Assembly: GCA_977020255.1 (NCBI GenBank)
Contig: CDROCS010000434.1
Span: forward strand, 372,001-436,000
Origin: Obrimoposthia wandeli
Lineage: Eukaryota
DNA length: 64,000 nt
Direction of reading: 5' to 3'
Positions 47,311-62,199 of the stretch are shown piece by piece (positions within the stretch are counted from its first letter, which is position 1; each line of letters starts with the position of its first letter). The notes beneath the pieces are model-generated. The model saw only the letters and a program-made list of their open reading frames with translations. It searched no databases and had not been told where the DNA came from. The position numbers were made by a program, and so were the translations under genes.

Positions 47311-50299
47311 ATAGGCGAAACAATTTAATTTTTTTTTCTACAAATATCAGTATTTAGGACAATTTTCTTTGAACTGACGTTTGAAATTTTAATGCTGAAA
47401 GTATTACAGTATTTTCGCCAATATCAACTTATATAAGACAATTTTTTAAACCTTTACTTTTATACGCAAATAATATTTGAATTGAAACTATTTGCTTATA
47501 TTTCCATATGTTCAGCAAAACAAAAAATAATTAAAAAAACAAACATTTAATTGAATTAGTACAGTAAAACAAAAGTTTGATAATAATTAGGTCACGTGAA
47601 TATTTTAAAAAGATTACTCGTAAGACAATTTAAAAACTTTAACAAAAAAAATTTCCAAAATTTATTTTTTTAAAAATTGCGATTTTTTGGGCGAGAGAAA
47701 ATGTAATTTGGTATAAATACACATGTTGAAATATATTCAAGGTTTTAAAAAATATTTAAACTCCATTTCTGATGAGGAAATCATGAGTATTAATCAGAAC
47801 AAGTTTTGACTCAATATTTACAGTTAATAACAGCATCATCAAAACCCAGAGCATGTCTGAAAATTTGGTTTCTCCCAATTAGATAATGAGTATTAATCAT
47901 GTAATAGTACAGTGATGGTTCCCGATCTTTGATTCAGAAGACCCCCTTGGTCATGAGCTGTGAGTTATGAGTCGGACCCTTATGAGCAAATGTCTTGACT
48001 TTTGGCACCACTGATAAGGGTTAAACTTATAACCCATATCTCATGGCTCAGGGTGCTCTGTTGAGTCCATGAGTGAGAACCGACACGTTACACTACTGAC
48101 ATTTGATTTACCATATTGAAATTTGGTATTTTGCACTAACCACTCTAGAAACTAACTCCAAGGAGGCATCGAAATCGTTATTCTCTATTTTTACATGCTT
48201 GGTCTTTGAAATGGCACGCCTGTCTGATCTCGAAGTACACAAGGAAACCAGTGATTCGTCCAAAGAACTTTCAATGGCACTTCAAAGCCAATGTATTTTC
48301 TATATCTACATCATCATTTTCATCTTAGACATTGATTATCATAAATGAGCAAGAAAACTTTGATCGAACACTGCAATTTTTTTCTATATTTAGACTAGGT
48401 TTTACTTTTTGCAAAAACACAGTACTTACACAGTACTTCACTGTCACTGCTTACTTCACAATTAATTTCATTTCTTGATATTATGATAGAAAGTTATAAT
48501 GTAGAAAACATATTCATCAGACATTACCGAATTTCTAAATTTTTAAACCGTCATAAATGATGTTATAAGTGTAATACAACAATATTTTTCAAAGAACTTC
48601 ATTAAATTAATCTCACAAAATAAATAAAATGTCTAACAATCAAATTTTATATCGAAAAAAATAAATAAAAAGAAGCAAGTATTATTTAGTGATTGAAGTA
48701 AAATTCTACCCAAACATAAATTACAACAACTTTTCCGAAAATAGGTTAATATTTAAAATCGATCATTTATAACATATTTTAAATCTTTTTACAGTTAACT
48801 AAATAATTTCACCAGATTCAAGTATTGCTAAACAATATTCTTTGTAAATCTGTTCTATGCGCTAATAAATAAACAAATATGCGATGTCATTGTCATGTTG
48901 TGGCAGTCAAATTGCAGTAGTTTGTGCAGTTGATTACTGTTTATGACGGTATGCGAATTATTTAATCAGTGCTGATTATTGTACTGCAGTGTCTAATTTT
49001 AAACTTTACTTCAATTGGTTCATATTAACGATCTCACAAGTAACTTTATTACTTCAATTCTTACTGCAAACCTTTGAATTTGTCGAATGATGAGTGAAAA
49101 TCACTTTGAACGGATTCTTTAGTTCGGGAATATTTTATGTGATTATTTTACGTTGATTTAAACTGCAATGGACGATAACACGGCAGCATCCAGTGAAAGT
49201 GAAGATGATGTGAGTAGCCATTATTTTAAAATTAAAGTAGTTTCTTTATTGATACTCATATGATAATTTAATTAATATAACCCACTTTTAATTCAAGTCT
49301 ATTTTACAATTTCCATTTCATATGTCGAAATTTTAAATGTCATTTCTGTACTTTGAACTCTGTTTAATTAATCTGCAGGATGCAGAATTTCTTTATGTAT
49401 CTTTAAAACATTAATATTCGCTTACAGCATATTAAAAATGAAGATTTGGACAAGTTAGAATAACTAATATGGATGTTTCTTACAAATCCGGGAAAACTAT
49501 GAAACAGAATCAGTAACTGTTAATTTTCTGTTTGATCGCCATTCCCGTGTTTCTCTTCAAATATTTATCGCAAGATTAATGTTATTGGGTTGCTTTACAT
49601 TATTTATAACAAAATACCAAAAGAAAAATAAGTGAAAGATAAAATGACAATTTTGTTTTCTCAATTTCAGCTAGTGATAGAAAAATGTTCCTCTAATAAA
49701 TATAAAAAACTTTCTTCTTGTCTGTTTTCATGGAAGATAGTTTCCTGATGTTATTAAGTCTTTGTCAAAATTTAAATATTTTGTGATTTTTAACTTATTA
49801 ATTATCATTACATCATATGTTAATAAATATTGATTTAAATACTAGAAGAAATATTTACTTTTCAACAATGTGATTTTCTTGTTTTGAAAGAGTCATTTAT
49901 AATAAAACAATAAGTGGTATTGTATTTAAAAAATGTTGAGTTATACGTTGGCAAAAGTTTTGTTTAAGATTTATTTCATTTTGTTTATTCCATGTAGACT
50001 TGGATAAACTAAAAGATATAATTTCAGATTGAAGTAGTCCTGTATTTTAGCGATGGCATTTGTTTAAACTAATTAGAATTATCGAGCCTCAATAGTACTA
50101 TGGAGGGGATTGAAAAATAGTGCGATTTTGTACGTGCTTGCGTAGGGACATAAAAAATTGATTTTTTCGACGAAAATTGACTATTTAAATAATTATTTTG
50201 TTGATATCCAGAAACGACAAAGCAATGTTTAAAAATAGCTCTTTTATAGTTCTGGTAAAGTGAATTAAAATTGAAGCCGAAGAAATAATCTTAAGACCC

Positions 50300-52000
50300 G
50301 GTAGAGAGAGAGTTATTTAGCCCTTCAAGTGAGTTAGGTCGACCCAGCCGACTTTATCAAGCAGTCACCTGAAGAATGACAGAAGAGTATTGGGGTACAG
50401 AAATGAGAGGGGAGACGAGAGGTCAGTGTATGCAGAAATCGGAAAAGTGGAAGAATCACGTGATTGACCCAACAACAGCAGAAGAGGCAAGATGCCATTG
50501 GCCACAGTCAACCCCATTAAAGTAATAGTGGATAGAAGAATAGCATAAATTTGAAGATATCAGTTGGTTCAATTGGAGGACAAGCGAAGAAGGAAAACCA
50601 TAATCTACAACCAGCCAATACAGAGAAATGTGAGTCAAATCACAATTAATGTGCTCCTAATTACGTTAACTTTGAAAATTTTATTCATTCTCTAAATTCT
50701 AAGACCCGACACACAAATTCATCAACAAAAGCTTTGCTACCAGCAGTAATAGCAATATCTAGAATTGTATTTTTACGATTACCATTAAATCGTGGAACTG
50801 TCACTACACATACTTGAAGATCTCGCTTCAGTTAATTCAAAACAAGAGCTGTTATTACTTCACCATCTACAATCAAACTTCAGAACTTCAATAAAGTCTA
50901 GTTTGTCATTTAATGTGTCTCCATCTTTAATAGAAGTATATGTATATGTCAGAAATAACAACACAAATACTATTATTCCCATTGACTGATATCACAACAA
51001 CTTATGCAATCTCTTCGAGGTTTGTAAATTATCTTAGCATAGAGACTTTGACTAACACTCTTCACAACCATCATATCAACATCTTGGACTCAATTTTGTG
51101 TAATAGTCTGAAATTTGTCTTTCAATTCAAAACCTTTGGACAATGCCCCACATGCTAGTGCATATACTCCAGCGGTTCCCAACCTTTCTGGTGCGGTGAC
51201 TCCTTGATAACATTTGCCAAGTTGCGGTGACCCCAAGGAATATGGGTTAATTGACTATTATAATTAGATAATAGTGATATTACCGGGAGAATACAACACA
51301 AGGACATTCAGTATCATAAAACAACTTTTTAAAAGGCCTTGCTGCCTTAGGCGACACCAGGCCAATTGTCAGGCGACCCCAGTTGGGGTCGCGACCCACA
51401 GGTTGGGAACCGCTGATCTACTCAAACGAGCATAACTGACCTAGCTTCAGCACTAAACTTTACATCTTCCTTGTCACAAGTGAACTTTTGTGGTACAACC
51501 ACGCTGCTAGCATTATTCCGCTTCGCATAAACATAATCGACTCTGTGCCGAACAATTATAAATCGCAAATTATCTTCATAATTCACAGAAACACCACACA
51601 TGATTATCGAGCACTTGCAGCTAAACAACCCTATATCTGCCTCTGATTGTTCCATTTGGTCAATTCAAATTTCTTTCCGATTAAGCAAATTTCTTAATTG
51701 GCAACTAATTATCAACAGACTTGGTACTGCACAAGCAACTCTTCACTATTTCTGAATAAAGTCGTAAAGTATCCATAAAGTTTATCGTATATGTTCGGAC
51801 TATATTATCAATCTCATTGTAAAGTCATGAAAATGAAACGTTGATAAAAACTGCTATGCCTGAACTTCACATATCATTTGTTTAAGAAATCCATGCAAAT
51901 ACTACAGTTTCTAATTGATATTCTTAGATCCACGATAACGATGTTCTTCCGGTAATATTAGGACACAACAATCCTCAATACCCCAGTGCTTGAAACACCG
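50300..52000 (-). mobile_element. Decayed CR1/L2-like LINE ORF2, interrupted by the hAT MITE at 51170
   Basis: Minus-strand fragments resembling post-endonuclease, RT C-terminal (WALSKGFEL) and 3' regions; many stops; boundaries approximate. Confidence 0.45.
51170..51415. mobile_element. 246-bp hAT MITE
   Basis: TIRs CAGCGGTTCCCAACCT / AGGTTGGGAACCGCTG; 8-bp TSD ATATACTC / ATCTACTC (1 mismatch). Confidence 0.9.
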
Positions 52001-53791
52001 TCACGTGGTTGTCCGTCGGCTGACGTACAGGTTAGAGATGTATACGTATATGTGGGTGCTGATTCGTAAGTCAACTATTTGGTTATTTAGGAAACAACAA
52101 ACATTTTTTCCACTACTTTACACAAACGGAACTTCTAACTTAACTAAATTACTTAAAACACCCCAAAATGGAGATGACACTCTACTATTCTCACTATACT
52201 CCTAAAAATTTATCTTTTCACAGTTATAATATTACACAAAACTTTACTTTAATCGATTCAAAATTAAGTTAAATTTCAAAATATGTTATTTTATTTCTCA
52301 CCGTTTTTACAAGTCAAAATTTGAAGATAATATGTTTTGTTCTCCACTCAATTCTGACAATAATATGTTTCTTTAGCACAGTTCAAACTCCGTCACTGCC
52401 CAATTCCGATTTTGAAAATGTTCTGCAATTATTAGGAAATAAATTCATTTTTATATCAAAATTTACCTCGGCTCTATCCACGGCCTCTAAGTGGTTCTGA
52501 GCTATCTTCTACGACTGTTGCTGAGGGCTTTGCGGATTTCTGAGAGTTTCTTCTAAACAGGTCGCTTAACTCAAATTACCTTTCAATTTTCGTTTATTAA
52601 CTGTTTTTCCGTTAATTAAAACTTAACTTAATATTTTCTCCTTGGCCCAATCTTTGTCTCCAACCTCTTTGAATCACCAAGGATTCTCAAGGTCATTTTT
52701 TAAACTTTTTTAAACAATTCTACATTTGCTTATCGAATTAAAACATTTTATAAACCTTCATCGCTACTCTCACTACCCACCCCTCACCGTGATCTCATTG
52801 CCCACTATTTAATTTATTTTACTAATTTAAAATATTTTAGTATTTAATTCCATTTGGTGATAATAATTAATTCTTCAACAATTATCAATATTAAAATGTT
52901 ATTTTTTATTTCAACTTGTTGCGTAACTGGATACTAGAGTTCTTTTCGATGACGTGATGACTAACTGTAGAATTCATTAAAATTTCAAAAAGTAATATGA
53001 AAGAGTTTAAACATAAATGAACAGACAGAATCCGTTACCCTTAATGTTTCTTCAAATTTCTAGTTAAAAAAATTAAATACCAATAATATTCTTAACAAAA
53101 TTTGAAAAATGTGAAAGTGAGACATGCTTAAAAAGAAATTAACTCTTATAATTTCAAGGGTTGTTATTTTTATTAATTTCGAGTTTGAAATCACAAAAAA
53201 AGTGTCTGTAAAAGTAAGCAATTTATTTATATTGTTAATAAAATTCTTAAAATCTGTAATTTGGTGAATAAATAGTTAAAAACTGTCTTGCTACATCAGC
53301 AATTTAAGAATGAAACTATTATATAAGATTAGGCCATAAATATATACTGAATGCTAGTGTTTATATTCAAAGCAGCGGTGTTCAAAATGTTTTAAATAAA
53401 AAAAGTAGTAATATTCAAACAATAGTTTTTTATTACTCAATCATGCATATTTTGTTAATTAAAATATTCATAGTTCTCTAACTACTTTAAAATAAAAATT
53501 ATTTATTTATCTATATACCAGGGAAGGTAACATACGGCCTGCAGGTCAAAGGGTTGCCCATCGAGGGTTTTGTGCAATCAATAAATACGGCCGGGTAACC
53601 CTCAATTTCATGGAACATGTGTTATTGATCAATAAAAAATATGAAAACTCATTAATTACAATAAATTAGATTTTTGGTTAATTTTTATAGCTTGAATAAG
53701 ATGTCCCATAAATCTCCACAATGCTTTTTAAATAGGAAAGCCGAAAGAGTTGTTTCTGGACATCTAAAATTGTTTCTCCCGGCTTTTGCAG

Positions 53792-53929
53792 ACGCTTGAA
53801 CAGTACGGTCGACGCGTGGATATGGTGATCGCTAAGTTCGAGAATATCGATGAAGTGCTGGACAACGCAGCCTATACTGCAGTGCTTATGCACTTCCTGC
53901 ATCAAACAAATAAAGACATTAATTCTCTG
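53792..53929 (+). CDS. Internal exon of an unidentified host gene
   Basis: ttttgcag|ACG...CTG|gtgagt; 138 nt, phase 0-0, only one frame open: TLEQYGRRVDMVIAKFENIDEVLDNAAYTAVLMHFLHQTNKDINSL; GC-rich like the stomatin exons. Confidence 0.65.
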
Positions 53930-55190
53930 GTGAGTGTGATAACCCATTTATTCTGAGGTGCTCCTCACCATTTCTTATTTTAGGGTTAGGTGCTCTGCTG
54001 AGCCCACAATAAATTCAATGTCGGAATAAAATTAATTTTCGAAATGGGGTTATTTTTAAAAGATTGATAGATAGTATAATATCTGCTTCATGGTCTGCAG
54101 TTCGTTATCTTCGGCCATAGACCGCAGTAAACCATTTCATTACCGCATTTAATGTAATTATCTAAAAAAAAAAATTTGTTTACTTTGTTATGTGCTCGTT
54201 AATATGAATATTTTTTACTACCACAAATGTCACAGATTTCAACATTGTTCTATTTTATTGCATCAGATATAAAAAATATTCCAAAACTTTCTTCATTTTA
54301 TTTCACGTTAAAAATATGTTGTAAGGTAATATTTCAGAGTGGAAAGCAAAATAACAAATTGTGTATATAAAATATGATAGAGTACTTTAATAATCGAATT
54401 CTTACTTTGATATTGTTTATTAATTTATGTATATATCTTGAAAGAGCACGGTATTCATCCGCTTCACACCACTGATATGAACGTCTCATATTGTTGTACT
54501 TTATCCACTTTTTTTCACAAATTATAAAATGTGACAAGACCTAAATTCATTTTGCATACTAGAAGTGACGAAATTTAGTTTTTAAATTTCGGTTAATACA
54601 CGGGGTAGCAATTTTTCTAACTCTAACGTCATATTCATTGCATTCAAATGCCTGATAATGGACGACTTCTCGACATGTACTAAAATAATTTGATTTGACA
54701 GCTTTCTTTGGGTAATATTTTTCTGGGGCAATAAAAGCTACACAACTTACTTAAAGCTCTCAATTGATCTTCGAGCTGTTCTTTCATTTTAGAATGCTTC
54801 GGGTCCAATATGACCTAATATTCATTAAAAAAATAATCCATTGTTGGTTCTGATCTCCATCAAATTCTGAGTCATTTTTCTAATACGAAAAATCATAGAA
54901 AAATTTTACTTATTATACAAATTTTAAAAATGTGCAATAAATGAATAATGCTGGTACAAAATTTGATTCAAGAAAACTAGGAAAACGATGTATTTAAATT
55001 CTGACAATGCTAACCAACATTAATTATGCAACAATCTAATATAATCAATTTGAAAATTTAAATTTTTGAAAAACATGACCCACGGTGCCGTGTTTTTGAA
55101 GATTTAACTATATTTTGTTATAATTTTTTGTAAATTACGTAAAAATCATTGATAGCAGATTGAAGAAAAAAAATTCTATTTCCCGTGCAG

Positions 55191-55304
55191 TTGTTCTATG
55201 CGGTGGTGAAAAAGTACCAGAAAGTGACCCAGGTGAAGAATAGTATGCATAATTTCAACCACTCCAACAACGAGATCCTCACAGTGTTCGTGCATCCCAA
55301 CTCC
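55191..55304 (+). CDS. Next internal exon of the same unidentified host gene
   Basis: ccgtgcag|TTG...TCC|gtgagt; 114 nt, phase 0-0: LFYAVVKKYQKVTQVKNSMHNFNHSNNEILTVFVHPNS; in frame with the 53792 exon. Confidence 0.65.
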
Positions 55305-55449
55305 GTGAGTTGCTGGGAGCTAGCCAATGATCCTCTTCGTTCTTGAGCCCTAAGACAGGAAGAACGCAGCAGAATTTATATAGGCATCTGCTGAGCAGAT
55401 AATGTTTAATTAGAATTATTATTGTCATTTCCTGATGCCAGCTGTTTCC

Positions 55450-56050
55450 TACCGCTCAGAAGTTGCCTCCGGATTAGCCAGTCGATTTACAGTGCTCCAT
55501 AAATATTGGTTTAGCGGGATTTGCCATTTATTTACAATCTGCTCAATTTCGTTTATTGGAATTTATCGAGTATTACTGGCATATGTTCTATATAGGTTGA
55601 CAATAGACTAATTATAAACACTTAAGCATTAATATTGTACCATAGATAAATCTGTAATTCTTCACCATTTGCCTACATGCATGTTTTTTTCAATTGGGTA
55701 TTTAGCAAGATTAAACGTGGTGAAAAAATTGTCTGTTGTTATGGTTCCACAGAAATCAAAAATGCCCTCATAAATCTTTTACCACTCTTTCACATTGATT
55801 TTTGTCAATGTAGCCATTGCTTTTTTTACAATATATTTGAACGTTACACATAGATGTTGTCCTTGCATCACAGACTGTCGATACCTTTATCCCATACTTA
55901 CCCGGTTTACTGGGAATATCTACTTTGAAGGGACACCTTTCTCTAAGCACAACAAGCTGCTAATCATCGATAATTTGTTGAGAGTCGACAAATTAATAGA
56001 AAAGTCGTTTTAAAAAATTATATAGGCTAGCTTATTATTTCGATCTCTGA
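55450..56050 (-). mobile_element. piggyBac transposase fragment
   Basis: RCPFKVDIPSKPGKYGIKV..CDART...QIYC...ERVVKDL, ITTDNFFTT; broken frames. Confidence 0.88.
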
Positions 56051-56699
56051 CAGTTTTTATCAAATCCCAAAATAGGTTTTATACTTGTAGATAGTCATGG
56101 TATTTTTCACAAATGTTTGACCACATTTATCTACCTAAAGATCTTCCAAATTCTTCCCGTTTTAGAAAGTTCAAAGAAAAATGTTTAGCATAATCCAGTT
56201 TTACAAACCTTTTTTAATAGAGAGTTTATTGAGAGAGTTTATTGAACTTAACGTGGTCATTTGATCATAAATGATCAAATTTACAATCTTTGTAGCAAAA
56301 ATACAATTCAAATGCCTCTACGCACCAAGAATTTTATTAGGATTACTATTCATGTTTTTCCCATTTGAATTTGGCCATATGTATATTCAATTTTAGCAGC
56401 GTTTGAAAAAAATGGGCATCGATTGCTGGCAGGAATGAAATCATTTTCTTCAACTTCATTATAATATTTGTAGGAGAAATATTTTATTGAAGATACGCAA
56501 GAACTTATGTTACAAGTAAACATTTAAATATATGATTGATCTCATTATCATTCAATTTTGAAAATTTTGTAAAAAAACTTTTAAACGTCAAAAAGTAAAA
56601 CTATATTTATTGATTAAAATTAACTATATATATAAATAAATCATTGAAAAATATGTTTATCCTCATGCGTTCTTGAATTTGTAACACAATTTTATTATC

Positions 56700-57080
56700 T
56701 CTCTTTAGAATGTTATGTAGACCTCGATAGTATTTAGAAATATTTTTAAGATACATGTTGGGAGTGTTTCTTTTAAATCTTCGATATTTATAACATGAGT
56801 TCCATAAAGTTTGATGGTCAATTGAATATACAATCTCGACCTATTCATTGCGAGTCAAATGTATCTAGATCAACAACCCACTGCCGCACATTCATATCCC
56901 AATGATATGATTCACCATCTTGCATAAACCAAAGTTTTCCTTCTTGAAACACTGATTATTTCTTCAATTGTTGGAGTAAACAGTTTTGAAATGTATCGTA
57001 ATATTTTTCTTTAGTTACTGCTCTGTAGAAAAAGGCGGTTCCATAATTCCATAAAATTAAACTCTAGCCCGAACTAATAC
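56700..57080 (-). mobile_element. Decayed Tc1/mariner-superfamily transposase fragment
   Basis: KLWFMQDGESYHWDMNVRQW...IGR (cf. WFQQDGAPAH..VRQWL..WIGR). Confidence 0.65.
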
Positions 57081-60000
57081 TTTTTCAGAATTAAGTGAAA
57101 TTTCAAAAATATGCAAATTTGTTGGTCTCTTATCACTCCAGTGAACACAATTTTGCTTGTTAACTTCTCCATTTAAATAAAGATGGACATAATCACTGAA
57201 TAATATCTCTCTAATAACTCATTCATTTTTATTAACATATAGGATGATATAGGATTTTTAATTTTCTGTTGGGACCAGAGTTGAAACACTGCTTGAGGAA
57301 GTATCTAGTGCGTGAGTTCTTAAAGGTTTTATAATTGTGTGGAAGGCTTATCCTGGTTAGTCTCAATTATCTGGTTATTGAAAATATTTAATGTAACTTT
57401 TAACATGTAACTTAGTTTATAGCTAGATGCCTCACAAGTATGATTACCAACTGTATCTTTCAATGTGGTTAACGATCTGATTTTCCTATACATTTAAATT
57501 TTATAAAATGTAAATAGCAAAATAAATTTATTTAAATTAACAGGTCAGTTTACAGTTCGTTATAATTTCAAAATGTATAAGTAACGAAAAGGCAAAACAG
57601 CAATATTAAAATAAAATTAATTATAGATATGGAGTCAAGTCCTAGTCCTTCTGTTGATTTTTTATATTTTATAAATAAGCTATGACTGATACAGGTCAGT
57701 GATTTTATTTTATTCGACGAAAAATGAACCGATACAGGCTGATACCATATCAATGAGAGTTATGGTCAAAATTACACACATTAAAAAAGAGTTCATGATT
57801 TGAATTTATTATTTTTAGCTTACGTTAGCAAACTGTCCGTTTGATTTCAAATTAACTTGTGTAATCAGCAATATTTTGTTGTCACTCTGAAAAAAACGTA
57901 GATTGAAAGTTAGAGCAGCCTTCTTTTATGAGATGGATTCCGGCCAATTAGGTTGAAACAGTTTTGGGATTTTTCTGGGATCTAGCTTATTCTTAATTCT
58001 GCCACTCACCGGTGACTGTGTAATTTAACTTTCTCATGAATCTGTGATTATGTGACTAATCCTCCTTGTCTCTGTAACTGATATTACTCTATTAATATTT
58101 TATTCTAATTTAATTGTCTGTTTCTGAACCTTATTAATTATTTTAAAACTCTATATATTGAAACGTCACCAATAATAATTTACGTTTCTGTTTGTTATGT
58201 AGAAGTTATTTGTTAATTATAATTGGTTAATTTTTAAACATATTTACTTTTTTTCTCGTTTTCTCAACTTGTATATGAGTGAGAACAATCACCTCCTTGC
58301 TTTTGACCAACAACTTTACAGTCATTTATATTATTTGCATGAATTCGTAGAAAAGTTCAATAATAAAAAAAACTTTTATACCTCTTTCATAGCTGTCTCT
58401 TAATAAGAGAAATTCAGTGATTCTCAGTTGAAGAAATTCCAAAGAAAGAAGAGAAATATCTGAACGTTTTATGGCGTCTTGTGGCGAATTGCCAAAATGA
58501 CATCATCAATGAATAGTACTCCAGCTTAGTTTATGTTTTCCAGAGAAATAAGCCATTCGCTACTCAGTTTTCAAACGAATCATCTGAAATATACCCACAA
58601 ACCTGGCAGAAAGTTTACTTCTGGTAAGTTTATAGTTCAGAATCCTTGCAGGAATGATGAACATGAAACAACATTGATGGAAACACAAGTGCATAAGAAG
58701 ACACGAATAAGTCCAAGCAGAACACAATATGGACCTATACGAGTACCACTACAATGGCTTTATGAAAATGAAATTACATCATTACTCCTTTTGATGCGTG
58801 TTGGCATGTTTCATATTTGATTAACTAGATTACAAAATTTTATTTAAATCATCTTACTTTTTTAATACATTCTTATAGTTAGCAGTATTGACAGTCTCAC
58901 ATCACGCTCAAAATCGGGAGTCCTGTAGAGAAGTTCATTTCTCCAATAATAAAACTCAGTCCTTTATTAAATATATTAATTCTTAGAAATAAGTTTTTAG
59001 ACCTATTACAGTAATAATTGGTGAAGTTTAATACTTTTTACAAAGTAAATTTATAAATTATTTCAAGCACAAATTAATAAAAATAATTATAATTTTTTAA
59101 AATGGGTAGTTACAAATTTATATTCAACTTTATCATTTTCACCGAAATATTTAAATTTAAAATTACTAAACTTATCTTTATCTTTGGGAATTTTTGCCAA
59201 ATGTTTATTGGAAAAAGTTGCTGAGAAATAATTTTAGGTTATCATTACCATTATCAGGTGTAAATTTTAGTTCATATAATTTCTCGTATAATTTAAAATA
59301 AGTATAACTAAACCCGACATGCTTTTTCCTTAATTCATCCCTTTAAAATATTGGTTTAAAAATAGATACTCTTAAATTTACCCTACATCTCCAAAGGAAC
59401 TTGCCCAAATAAGAATGTATCATGCAGCGAAGAGTCCCGAATATCAAAATTTCCTTCATTTTAGTGTTCTGTCAAATACTTGCGATTGCTTACGGATGTG
59501 CTGATGTTCTTGGTCTACAAAATACATACTATGATTTACTGTCAGATGAATATAATTTGTATCATCCTTCAAAGATAGTCCAATAATGGGGAGACTATTC
59601 TACTTTTTAGTCAATAATATTTTTGATTTATAATTCCATGGAGTGGATTAATATTTATGGCAAATACATTTACATAATTTGGGGTGAATGAACAGAAAAT
59701 AATCCAAGAAGAATTACTTCGTCTAAATTTGAATAACATTTATTTTAAAATCCTCAAATAGTTTTGGAAATAAAATTACTATGCCTAAAGTAGCGGCCTA
59801 AAACATATAATTGAAAACTTATGTGAAAAACTCGTAATAAATATATGAAATTTTCATTCTTAATTTGTTTTTTCTTAAATTCCTATCATTAATAACAATA
59901 TGCATTTAATTGTAATTCAATTTCTTTGATCATGTGAAAACAAATAACTTTGTTAAATTTACCTTTGACCTTGAATAATCAATAAATCAATGTTATACTG

Positions 60001-60243
60001 AAACGGTTTTCAGCCAAATTCTTCACCAGTTTTGATTTCTTGAGGTTATTTATTTTTTCTTTCTATCAAAATCAATCTCACAATCTTATACTTTGTAGCT
60101 TCAGATATAAATTGTTTGACTGTTTATTTAAAACCACTTAGAAAAACATTTTTAAGCGAAAATTCAACGTAGAGTTCAAAATATAGAAGATTGTGTGTTG
60201 AAATTATAGACAGTATACTGTATTTTTCATGATAACTCTAAGG

Positions 60244-60932
60244 CAGTGGTTTTCAACCACGGTTCCGCCAGTACAGTCCAGGGGTTCCACAATTTCTAAA
60301 TTAGAACAACGAACAAATAAACGACATTTTAAATTCAAATTCGAAAATCTATTTTATTTGAATTTGAGCCATCTGCAGAACAGTTCACATTAACAGAAGA
60401 AGAAGAACTTGCCAGTGTTCTAAATGACAGGACATTAAAGTTGAAGCATTCTGATCTTAACCTGAATGCATTTTGGTTCCTGGTTGAAAAGGAATATCCT
60501 GCATTTGCCCAGAAAGCGCTAACAACTCTTGTGCAATTTTCAACCTCCTACTTGTGTGAATTTGGATTTTCAGCTCTGACAACCATCAAGCACAAGAAGC
60601 GAGCAAAATTGCTGTCTGTGGAAGATGAACTTCGTGTGTGTCTGTCAAAAACACGACCCAATCTTAAAGAGTTGTGCAAGAAACACCAGGCTCACGTTTC
60701 TCATTGAGTTTTTGATGAGAATAAATGTAATCTATTCAAATTTGTACAATTTTTTTTTAACAGTTTGTGTTTTTATTGTAAATAAATACTCTGAACATGA
60801 GTACTTTCATTTCATTTTATAATTTAAATGCTGTTTTTTGCATAAGACAATTAAATTATTGCACAGGGGTTCCTCCAGCCAGTGGAATGTTTCCATGGGG
60901 TTCCGCTCCAGCAAAAAGGTTGAAAAGCACTG
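60244..60932 (+). mobile_element. 689-bp internally deleted hAT (Buster/Charlie-like) element retaining the C-terminal dimerisation domain
   Basis: TIRs CAGTGGTTTTCAACC / GGTTGAAAAGCACTG; perfect 8-bp TSD CTCTAAGG; ORF FWFLVEKEYP...FSTSYLCEFGFSALTTIKHKKR...LRVCLS. Confidence 0.95.
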
Positions 60933-62199
60933 CTCTAAGGTGTATACAAAAATAATAATGAAAATTATATTATTAAATATAATATTAAACGATTAGATAA
61001 GCATTGGATTCATTTTGAAAGTTGTCACGAAAAAGAAACTCTTCATCTATCAGATTTACGTTTAAATACTATTTCTCAATTAATTATTCAATATTGAATC
61101 TATGTTTTAATACTCAAATGGGCTTCATATTTTTCAAGGTCGAAATTATTCGTAATATTTTCTGAATACCAAAGTCAACTACTTATTGAATTTTTCAACA
61201 TTTATCCCTAAGGTTTGCTAAGGATTGTCTGGATATTAGCGTCGCAAGTCCAATAACAATGTACTCAGGGTATGAGCTGATGTTTCGTTGTTACATTTTC
61301 ACTTTTCAAACGATATATTTCAATCTAGCAGACTTTTAAGAAAGTCAAGATCTTGAATAATCCTAGGCCAATCAGGCACCCTTACACGCTTGTCTTTCTG
61401 ATAGTTTGGTGTGATCTTAGCCGTATGGCGGTGAAATCAAGCATGAATAAATATGTCATTTCCTTTGGGACCCCACTCTCCCATCTGTCTTTTCATGTGA
61501 CACTCCAAACGGTCAAGTACTGCTCTTTTACCATGGTACCCTCTACCAAACGGACCACACCATAGAGTGTATCTCTATTACGTTTTCTGATAATGACAAA
61601 ATAGCCAGATATCATTGATTATTACTTTATTATATAATATTGCTGTAACAAATTACGGTATGTTTAATTTCAAAAGTAGTTTATAAATATGAAGTGTTAA
61701 ATTTATTTCCTGTAATTTTTACGGATTCTATCAATGCTTATATTTTGAGAATGTAATATAACAATTCCCCTGTGGGAAAAACGAAGAAAAACAAAATTAC
61801 TGTATATGTATATCCCTAATTGAAACATATTCTCTTAATCAACATTTGATATAACGAACATGACAGATTCAAGTATATGCATCAAGGTCATGTTATGCTA
61901 ATTTTCTTTGAATATGTTTATGTCTATAGTATTCTTCCTTTATTAATGTAATTCCTAAGAAGATAATTTAGTCAATTATATATTCTGTTTGGATATTTTT
62001 AGAGGGAAACATCCTGAGAGCATTTTCATCCCATTGTGAGTTAAATTGATCTTTAAATTACTTTTCATAGACATAGATTATTGTTTAACTGGACAGCAAA
62101 ATAAACATTACAATAATATATTTAATCATTTTTTTAAATGTTTGTTAGTAATATATATACTTAGAAATGCAGGGTGCTTCTAGAATACTTTAAGTGTTT

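Noticed and set aside
53678-53947. 89-aa minus-strand ORF
   Set aside because: Antisense shadow of the plus-strand exon 53792-53929, which has the splice signals.
58533-58820. 95-aa ORF with an acceptor at 58543 and donor at 58624
   Set aside because: Two frames are open and the apparent next intron would be only 28 bp; cannot be linked confidently to the upstream exons.
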